A stretch of DNA of 64,000 bases from Azolla caroliniana (taxonomy: Eukaryota; Plantae; Polypodiophyta). The position numbers and the translations under genes were made by a program. Location of the stretch: assembly GCA_043228905.1 (NCBI GenBank), contig JBHGNT010000020.1, forward strand, positions 14,260,001 to 14,324,000. The letters run 5' to 3'. Of this stretch, positions 46,079 through 56,300 are shown one piece after another; within the stretch, counting starts at the first letter, position 1; the number at the start of each line of letters is the position of its first letter. Under the pieces are notes generated by a model that ran no database searches, was not told the origin of the DNA, and saw nothing but the letters and a program-made list of their open reading frames with translations.

Positions 46079-49000
46079 TGATAAGAAAGATATTTATTAT
46101 ATGAAGAGAATATACAACGGTGGCTAAAAGGCTTAAGACTGGCGTTGAACCAATTTGGTTCAACATAATGCCTAGTGCCCTCTTTTATAGTGTTTTCAGG
46201 AGTAATCCTGAAGCTTCTAGAATGTTCCAGAGAAATCTGGAATATACACTAATTTCCTATAATAAAATGTAAATGAAAATAATATCCTACGTATTACAAT
46301 AGATGGTCTAATGGTCAAAAGCTCGACCCATATAACCTAAGGTCATGGGTTCGAGTCTTGCCATATCATGACATGTGGTGCCTTTTATTGTTATGGTAGA
46401 TCCCGAAGAATGTGAAACCATTGAAGATTTTGATATCAGAAAGCATGATCAATATAATTATTTTGTCATTGGTGGATCGCATTCAAAAGAGGCACGTCGG
46501 CAACTTGTGAGAGAACATCCAACGACTTTCTTCTTCAAGTATGCCGAGTGCAAAATTTATGTTGGGCTCACAACTGAAGAGGCTAAGCTGTTGGCATGGG
46601 ACCATAATAATGATAATGACTATAGGCAGAAAATGTCGTCTATTGAGCGTATACGATTCTTCCACCACGAGTATTTAGATGTGAAACAAAAGTTTGGTGT
46701 GAAGTTACATCCAAGCCTTCGACGTCAATGTCTGCATGAAGTCGGCATTGTGGTAGATGATAATGTTAGGTCCGATGGTCTTCGAAAGTATGAGTCTTGG
46801 TTTCAATTGGCATTTAGAGATGGAGAAGTATGGGACCTCCAAGATCAAATATTCTCAATGTGGGAGAATAAGGAGGTAAAGGGTCAACGACAAAAGAAAT
46901 GTAGGGTTGACCCTCAACTAGAATTAAAGTCACAAGCCGCCAAGAAAATTGACTTGACAATTGAAGAAGCGGCAGACGACATGAAGCTGTCTCTATGGAG
47001 AGCGATGCAAGGTATTAAGGACGAGCAGCTTCTTGTGTCGGTTTTGTCAAGGGTTGTGGCGAAAGATTTAAGCCTTGAAGAAATGGTCACTGAGTTCAAT
47101 AAGTAAGTCTTTCAAATACTGAAATTGTAGTCTATCTGGTGTAATTCAAAGTTCTAATCTTGATTTCTAGTTTTACAGTCATAAGGTGTACATGAAGATC
47201 CAAGAAGTTATGATGAAACAACTTGGATGTATAACTTGGGAACAAGTGACTGAGGATTATCCTCTAACGTCTTCGTATAAGGCGTTATCAGAGTATTTTA
47301 TTGCATTCAAGGATTGGGTTAGTATTCATGTTTTTTCATTACCCTTTCATCATATGTAGAGCTTGTATAATAATACCTGATGTCCTATTGCTTCTATTAG
47401 AAACCGTGTCGAGGCAAGAAACAAGGAGAAGTTAAGGATATACACGATTTCCCTACATCCTTCCTTGCACATCTCGAGCGAGCCAGAAAAGAAAAGGATC
47501 GTCGCTTAGTCAAGGCGTACGAAATGGAGGAAGATGGCTCGTTTAAAAAATTTAGCCACAAAAAAGATATTACGAGAGATCTTTACTACAATGTGGTTTG
47601 CGGTGATGTCATCGACTTGATCCAGAAGGTGCCAAAGAAGGAATATACGCTAATGATTGCGGATATTCCTTACGGATTTCGAATGGCTGGGTCATCATAC
47701 GACGATGAACCGTTTAGGTTTAAACAATTGGAGAAGATGGTCAAGGATTTCGCTGAGCTAACGACCGCATCCTTGTGGCGAATAGTTGTCTTTCATAGTA
47801 TGGACCAAGGGTACTCGGTAGCTCAAGCTTTGAGATCTCGTTGCCATGGCATCGAGAACCTTGCATGGTAAGGATTATTTATAGGTGTCTTTCATTATAT
47901 TGCAATTCTTAAGGTTGTTGAATCTATTCTTAACTCGATGAATTATTTTTTATAGGATCAAGACCAATGTAAATAGAGGGCCAACTTTTCGGTTCGTTAA
48001 TGCCATTGAATACATAACGGTTGGCTACTTCGATGAAATTAAAAAACAGAGAATCAAAGAGCATTCTAATGAAGTGGGAGGTTCAAATCTGTTGGTATAT
48101 CCAGCAGTGACTCGGAAATTGCGACATGTCACCACGACAGAACGGGGACTTGTCAACCCATACCAAAAACCTCAACGACTTATGATGCGCTTGATCGAGA
48201 TGTTTTCTGTCGAAGGAGACTGGATATTAGATCTCTTTTCTGGCACAGGTATTCCTCGAACTAGGGTAACGATCTTGAGATAACCAATCACATTTTTTTC
48301 GTTTGACAACTAAATCTTCTTGTTACTTACATCATAGGAACTACGTCAGCATGTGCATTGAAGCTGTTTAGAAATACAGTTGCATTGGAGAAGGACGAGG
48401 ACCAAGTTATATTTATTAATATGCGGATTAAGGCTTTGTGGGAGTGCCCAGACCAGGATGAGGAGGTCGGTGCAAAGAACCTCGCCAATACAGAAAGGTT
48501 TCAACCTGCTTCGCGAGAGTCTATTCCACCGTTAGCCGGCGAACCGGGGGAGCTAATAGAGCTTGATGATGAGCTTATAGAAGATATTTCGTTGGCTCGG
48601 CTAACAGGGGAAACCAATGCACGTATAGCCGAAGACAGTTCTACACAAGATGATGAAGAAAATGACGTTGATGAATTGATTGCTATGTAATAGACTCTAT
48701 AAAGAATATGACACTGACGATTTGTTAAGATTTCACATTATTAATACAAATTTTGGGTTTTACCTAGTGGATTCTATTCTTTATAATCATCTATATGTTT
48801 CAATTTTATTTTTATATACTTGATTAGTAGATTTATGATATTGGTTTCACCGCATGCATAGCTGACTACCAAACTTATGGAGAAACATGAACTAGCTTAA
48901 ATGGAGGCTGATTTTGGTCCAAGCTAACCTTAACAGAACATGGCCCTATAATTGTTGCCATGACTGTCCATGTTGTTATTATGGATCTTTGTCTTATATT

Positions 49001-49702
49001 GTTAAAACTATTATGTTTCTATTCCATTGCTGCTTAGATTGTGTAGTGTGTTGATAATGGTTCCAGTTGCGTTATCGTTCGGAGTTTGATCTTGTGTGAA
49101 TCACCTAAGCAATAGAGTAGATCAATTTTAAATACAGGTATGAAAGCCTAATAGGTTTCTTATTTCCACGACATTATCCTAAAGTTCACTGCCTTACATT
49201 GTGCACAATTATATACACATATGGTTTGATCCCATATGAACAAACTGAGGAATAGATTAGATCAACTTTTAATATAAGTATTGAATACTTTAATAAGTTA
49301 GTTATTCCAATCACTTATCCTAATGTGCACTATCCTACATTTTCCACAATTACATACATGCACGTATGGGTCAAAGTATAAATTATATCTCATTTTATTA
49401 GTATGGATACAAGTACACCTCATATTTTTGTAAAACCTACCTAATTAATATAAGTCTTTAAGTAAGTGTTTCCCTTGTCGCACAATAGTGCCATATTGAG
49501 CCATAGTTGAACTTTATTATGCCTACATTAACTTATCAACATGTCTAAACTTGCATGATTTCTAATGATCTCCACTCGTAGATCTATCATGTATTTTTAT
49601 ATTTGCAAATTCTTATCAAGTTGAGGAACATGTGATACTAGTGCATCCAATTATTGTAGAGAGGGTGTATTTTCTTCGTTTTAAGAAGATTCTACAAGTG
49701 GA

Positions 49703-49738
49703 ATGCGCAATCCTTCCACTTGTGAATGCGAACGTGTT
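49703..49738 (-). repeat. Right TIR of the DNA transposon
   Basis: ATGCGCAATCCTTCCACTTGTGAATGCGAACGTGTT is the reverse complement of the left TIR with two transitions at CpG sites. Confidence 0.95.
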
Positions 49739-52700
49739 AAAACTGATCTTGATCAAACAATTGTTCAACATGAAGATGAAAGAGACTGATCCGACAACCT
49801 CCCACATCAACACCTTTAGCCGGGTGTTGTCAGAGCTCTCGACACAAGGGATCAACTTCGACGAAGAAGTGAAAGACCTTGCCCTCCTATTGAGCTTGCT
49901 AGCGAGTTGGGAGGTATTCTATACGACTTATGCCAATAGCCAACCGATCCTAAATCTGGACGAAACAACTGGCCAAGTCCTCACAGAGGACATCTGGCGA
50001 AAATCGATGGGACTAAACATAGATGAGTCAGTAGAAGCCCATCACTCGACTGAGTCATTCGACCGACAGAGTCGAACGAAAGAACAAGCCGACAGAATCG
50101 GTCAACGCTACAACCAATCGAAAATAAGGGGTGACCAACAACGATCGAAGTCGAGAATGGGATGAACAAGTGAGTACGGCACACATGGCAGGAAAGCTGG
50201 CCACAATGTTTTTGACTACTGGTCAATAAAAAGAAAAGAGAGTGGTCGGCGATCCGAGCAGAATCGGGGACGTTCCGACTTGGACCACTCTCCAGTCGGC
50301 AACTAGATCAATGTTGCCGACACCCGATCCGGATAAATTCTCTCCCTAGAGGATTCGATGATCGGAGAAGTCCTCTACAATGCACAAGTTGCACACACGT
50401 GGCTACTAGACTCTGGTGCCACATTTTACGTGACCCCCAATGTTGAATGGTTCTTGAACTATTCAGCCGACGCCAGCGGCACAGTCCGACTAGGAAACAT
50501 GCATGTGTGCAAGATAGCCGGAACCGGGGAGGTTCCCATCAGATTGCCAAATGGCAACACAATAACCTTGCACCGCGTTCGACAGTACCCGATCTAAAGA
50601 GGAGTCTGGTTTCCATTGGCATGTTAGTCGAAGACGGGTATTGAACGACTCTACACGAGTCGACATGGGTGATCAGCCGAGGAAACCTCAAAATCGGTAG
50701 TGGGCATAAGTATAATAATCTATACCCATTGATGGCGATCAACCCTGAAGGGGCCGTGAACGTAGCGGAGAAAACCGACTCGAACTTATGGCATGGCTGA
50801 CTTGGCCACATGTCTCAATCCAGACTTGATCGACTGATGTCGATCGGCTACATCCCGAAACTCTAGGCAAAGACGGATTTCTGCGAGCATTGTCGGTACG
50901 GGAAACAAACCCGAAGTCTGCACTCAGACATATGTGGGCCCATGCCAGAGCGATCACTAGGAGGCTCCCGATACTTCATCACATTCGTAGATGACTGTAC
51001 ACGGAAAGTTTGGGCATACTCCATCAAGTCCAAAGATGAATCGCTCGAGGTCTTCAATCGATGAATATCTGAAGTGGAGAACCGGTCGGGACATAGAGTG
51101 AAGACACTTCGATCCGACAACGGAGGTGAGTACACCTCCAGAGCCTTCAACCAGTACCTGTCCGGAAAAGGCATCCGACACCAAAAGACCGTTCGCTACA
51201 CATCCATGCAAAATGGAGTGGCAGAATGGATCAACAGGATGATCCAGGAGAGGGTGACGGCAATTCTCCAACAAGCCGAACTGAAGTTGGAATTCAGGGC
51301 CGAGGCATTGTAGACGAGACAATGTACCTAATAAATCTGGCGCCGTCGAGAGTAATCAGGCTCGAAGTGCCACATGCACTATGGGCAGGCAAACAACCGA
51401 CCTACAATAGGCTCTGTATATTCGGATGCGAAGCCTACGCTTTCATCCCCAGGGACAAAAGGACGAAGTTGGCACCCCATGCAATAAAGTGCATATTTCT
51501 CGGTTATGGAACCGATGGGGACTTCGGCTACCGACTATGAGATCCTGAGAACCGAAAATTGATCCTGAGCAGTGACGTAGTCTTCAATGAAGACTCTATC
51601 TTCTCTCAACAGAACCAATAGAAAGTAGTTGGTAAGAAGGTATCCTTCAAAGATGATAACACTGTCGTAGAAGGACTAACCCAACGGGCTGAATCGGAGA
51701 CTCGACAAATAGTTGAACTCCAACAAATTGCCAACTTCCCTGCCAACACCGAATCGGCAAAAAGTCCTAACGTCGAACTCAAAGACCAAGCAATCACAGA
51801 CATAGCCGAATTGACAAGAGTCAACAAAGGCAGAGTCGCGAAGAGGCCAGTATGAGCCGAGTCAACAACAACCACAGGGGAGAACAACCAGACACCGCCG
51901 CCAAACCGAGGGTGGGACACCTAACAAGACTCTCGACACAACTGGTTCAACAAATACCGATCGTCAATCTGAACCGATCGAAGAATCCGAACCAGATATT
52001 ACGGCACCCAAGATATCTGGACGAGCTTGAAGGCAAACAAAGTTTTATCAACTGGGCCTCGACTATGTCCACTACACGGATGTTGGCGAACCACACACAT
52101 ATGACGAAGCTATGGTCGCACCGGACGCCGAAACATCCGCAAGGTGCTGAAGCGCTTCAACATGGAGAACGCGAAGCCAGCACCGACAAATGTATCCAAC
52201 TCCTTCCAAGTTGTATCTGTCCGAGTGTGAACTCGTTAATAAGTTAGGGGTTAGTATATAAGCGAATACCTAACATTGTAATGAGTGACGATGACGAGCA
52301 GAGTATCGTATCTTTGAGAAAGAACGAAGTAATAAGAAGCTTTCTATTAAAGCTCCATCTATGTAAGTCTCCACGACTATTCTATTTTCTGTATGTGTTG
52401 TTTGCTATCCAGTACCGACTACAAATTCATACATGTTTCCGCACATAACACTCGTACCCCACACGCAATGTGTGCATAGTGCGGAATCCATATGTGATAA
52501 AATGCACATGCACCAACAAATCTATGGACTTCAGATTGTGATTCACATATTTCTTTCATAGCTTGAATCACATCAATCTTGACTGGTGACGGTCTTCGGC
52601 CGTAGGGCCCACATAGATGTCTGACTACCAATATCTCTTCTTGTCTGAATGCCGATTTCTCTCCGGAGAGTGTTAAGTGCACATATTCTAACTTCCGTAG

Positions 52701-52910
52701 CACTTTCTCGCAATCGCGAATATGGTCAACTATGAACTTTCGGCATCCTCGATCATCCATAGTCTCATTGTTTTCTTCCACCGCACATCCTTTCATCGGA
52801 ATGTCATCTAGGAACGACATTGTTATCTCCGGAATGTAGTCTCAGAGCACCTTGTTCATTGCATTCATCATATCTGCAACTGAGTTTGTTGCTCCTTGTG
52901 GTAGTGTGCA

Positions 52911-53328
52911 TGTCATGAACACATGACCATTATGGCGTCACCCGGACTTGAACCTCGAACCTTGTAATTCATACTTGAAAACCTCAACCATTAAGATAGC
53001 TTATTGTTATATGAAACAATAAAAGCTACTTCTTGTATTACATTGATTATTGTAAAAACTCTAGATTATTCTAGAATGTTCTAGAATGTCCTAGAGCATT
53101 CTAGGTCTAGAACATTCTAGAACATTCTAGAAATCTCTAAGCTATTCTATAGGAACCTATAAATAAGCGCATACATGTATTCTCAAATCAATTCGAATCA
53201 ACACCAGTCTTTAGCTCTCATTACATATCTTGTATCCATTCTCTTTCTTTCTCTATCTTATACATCCATTCTTCTCTATCCTTCTTCCATCACTCTATCT
53301 TTTATCCTTGGTTCTGACAGTTTGATTC

Positions 53329-53370
<42 letters not shown>

Positions 53371-56300
53371 CCTCCTTTGTAACCATCTTGAAACCATGGC
53401 TGCCATTAACTCAGAAGAATATCTCACCCTTGTTGCAGAAATGGAGAACCTTAAATCCAAGTTCGCATCTCTTGAAGTAGAGAATCAACGTCTACTTGGG
53501 GATCTACAAAAGATTACTATAGAGAAGCAACAACAACAAGAGGAGTTCACGCGACGAGTGCAACAGTTAGAGTCGACAATCGTCGTGTTACAACAACAAA
53601 GGGTTGAAGGTCATGGACTTATCAAGGAGCCCAAAATTAGCCTCCCAGCTAAATTTGATGGGTCGAGGGCGCATTTCCGAGGTTTTTTGAATCAAGTACG
53701 GTTGGTGATTCAAATGCATCCCGCACGTTATCCAACAGATGCATCACGAGTCGGGCTAGTGGGCACTTTATTGACTGGCATAGCGTTGTCGTGGTTTGCT
53801 CCATTGCTAGAGACCAATTCTCCTCTACTGAATAATTTCGAGGAATTTATCAAGGAATTTAAGGCTTGTTTCGGAGATACTGATGGGGCGAGAACAACTA
53901 TCAACAAGATTCGTACACTTCGTCAAGGTGATCAACCAGCTTCAACATATGCTGCCAATTTCCGTCTCATCGCAAGCGATATTCCTTGGGATGAACAAGC
54001 CCTAATGGAGCAATTCCGTTCAGGCCTTCGTAGTGATGTCAAAGACTTACTTCTTACCTTCCCCGAGGATCCAAAGTCACTTACAGAAGCTATTAGTCGA
54101 GCAATATGGTGTGATAATCGCCTTTTTGAGCGTCGATGTGAGTGACAACAACAAATAACAAGATCTAGATTCACACCAACTTATGCATCAGTAACGACGC
54201 AATCATCCCCAAGGCAAATGTATAGCCCTTCTCCAACTCCAAGGCAAACACGTAGTCCAGTTCCAATGGATAGTCCTACACCCATGGAGATCGATATGAC
54301 TCAATGACGAGGACCGTTGTCAGACGAAGAGAAGCAACGTCGTCGAGCAAACCATCTGTGCTTATATTGTGGAGGTCCAGGACATATAGCCATTCATTGC
54401 TCCTGTAGGCCGAGACGTCAGGTAAATCAAATTCACTATGACAATTAAAATGAGTCCAACATTTTAGAAGTAGTTAGTGAATCTAATATTATGAATAATC
54501 CACCCTTGTCCAATAAATTTGAAGTCCTAAGACAATTAGAAGAGGAGTCAAACGAATAAGTCCGGCCAAAATAGGAGCCATTTGGTTGGACAACCCTAGA
54601 TATGTACAACCTAGTGTGGGTTCCATTTCTTCCAAACATGTTAGTAGAGTCTTCTCAGCCCTAGTACAAGTTAGGACACCCAGTTGTCAACTTCAAGTCC
54701 AAGCCCTCTTAGATACTGGAGCCAATTCTTGTTTCATGGATAGAGATTTTGCCCAAAAACACCAAATATCCTTGCATACACTTCCTTGTCCAGTTTCCGT
54801 AGTAGTGATTGATGGACGCCCCATAGCTTCCGGGAAGATATTTGAAGAGTCTGAGCCAATACACATACTCTTGGGTGATTTAGGATGTGTAGTTTCCTTT
54901 AACATAATCCGTAGTCCTGAGCATCCAATTGTCCTCGGTTTGCCATGGTTCGAGCTACATAACCCTAGAATCGATTGGAGGAAGCGAGAAATTAGGTGCC
55001 CTTTAGCAGAAAATATCATTCTCAAGGATCGAACTCGGGATTATCCTCCCAAAGTATATAGTTCTACCGATGCACCATATCCTTCTCATCAAATTTCAGC
55101 CATCACATTGCATCAATTGCACCAAGTGGGAGGCAAGGAGGACCTTTTCTTATTTGCAGTATCAGTGACACCTTCTAGTGTCACTCAAGGGAATTCAGAC
55201 ATCCAAATTCCCAAAAAATATCAAGACTATGCTGATGTTTTCGACAAAGTCAAAGCTAGTGTTCTTCCAAAGCATCGGCCGTACGACTGTCCTATTGATC
55301 TCCAACCAGGAAAAGAGCCTCCGTGGGGTCCAATTTACAATTTATCACCCACTGAGCTTGAGGTTCTTCGAGAATACATCGAGGAAAATCTTGCACATGG
55401 GTTTATTCGACATTCAAAGTCTCCAGCTGGTGCTCCTATCTTTTTTGTGAAGAAAAAGGACGGCTCCCTTCGTTTGGTCGTGGACTATCGAGGCTTAAAT
55501 AAAGTCACCATAAGGAATAGGTATGCTTTACCTTTAATCTCCAATCTCTTAGAACGCATTGGTGGGGCAAAATTTTACCAAAATTGATCTAAGGGGTGCA
55601 TATAATCTTGTTCGAATTCGGCCGGGAGATGAGTGGAAAACAACGTTTTGTACTCGGTATGGTCATTTCGAGTATACAATCATGCCTTTCGGGCTCACAC
55701 ATGCACCTGCCGTATTCCAACATATGGCAAATGACATCTTCCGGGATTTCTTGGATATTTTTCTAATCATCTACCTAGATGATCTATTGATTTACTCTAA
55801 AACACAGGGGGATGATATACATGTGCGGCAAGTACTTGAACGCCTAAGGAAGTATGGTCTTTACGCCAAACTTGAGAAATGCAGTTTTGATTGCAAACAA
55901 GTTGAATTTTTGGGATACACTATTTCATCCCAGGGTGTTTTCATGGACCCGGCAAAAGTCCAAACAATATTGGAATGGAAACCCCCATGCTCAGTTCGGG
56001 ATGTCTAGTGTTTCCTCGGATTTGCGAACTTCTATCGCAAATTCGTACATAATTATTCAAGCATTGTGTTGCCCCTTACTCAACTCACCAAGAAAAATCA
56101 AGCATTTTTTTGAAGTATCGAAGCGGACAAGGCTTTTACGCAGCTGAAAGAGGCATTCACATCAGCACCCATCCTAGCACATATTGATCCTGAAAAGCCA
56201 TTTACTATTGAGGCAGATGCATCAGACTTTGCATTGGGGAGTATCCTATCGCAACCAGGCGAGGACGGGCAGATACATCCAGTCGCGTTTCACTCGAGAA

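Larger units (their letters stand above)
39616..46373 (-). mobile_element. Chromovirus Ty3/gypsy element G (Tcn1-like), near-intact
   Basis: TSD TGTGG (39611-39615 / 46374-46378). LTRs 39616-40051 and 45918-46373 differ mainly in GA-tract length. Gag plus pol with chromodomain. Confidence 0.96.
32281..48690 (+). pseudogene. Transposon cargo gene: ParB/Srx-like domain fused to a beta-class DNA N6-adenine/N4-cytosine methyltransferase, 974 aa reconstructed, 6 exons, now disrupted by two LTR insertions in exon 2
   Basis: Coding segments 32281-32315, 33165-33751 + 39289-39615 + 46379-47102, 47179-47317, 47401-47867, 47956-48248 and 48338-48690 total 2925 nt in one open frame. All five introns are GT-AG and phase-compatible. 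Motifs: YFVIGGSHSKEA (ParB-like), GDVIDLI..LMIADIPYG (motif IV), WIKTN..EYI, NPYQKP, WILDLFSGTGTT..LFRNTVALEKD (motif I). Confidence 0.88.
28320..49738. mobile_element. Two-gene TIR DNA transposon, Sola-like; 9119 bp after removing nested elements F and G
   Basis: 36-bp TIRs with 2 mismatches and 4-bp TSD AAAA (28316-28319 / 49739-49742). Excision restores copia gag YEKKSSSSKLILIKQLFNMKMKE in frame. Contains a DDD transposase. Confidence 0.93.
27630..52463 (+). mobile_element. Degenerate copia element E, target of the DNA transposon; RT/RNase H largely deleted
   Basis: 5' LTR 27630-27917, PBS TGGTATTAGAGCC 27920, 5'-truncated 3' LTR about 52196-52463, TSD TGCAA/CGCAA (one transition). Gag 28018-28319 continues at 49743; protease WLLDSGA and integrase run to about 51600. 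Confidence 0.88.

Noticed and set aside
28320-49738. CACTA, hAT or Mutator classification, or bacterial contamination
   Set aside because: The ends are AACACG with a 4-bp TSD, not CACTA with 3 bp, 8 bp or 9 bp. The cargo gene has spliceosomal introns and is nested among plant retroelements.
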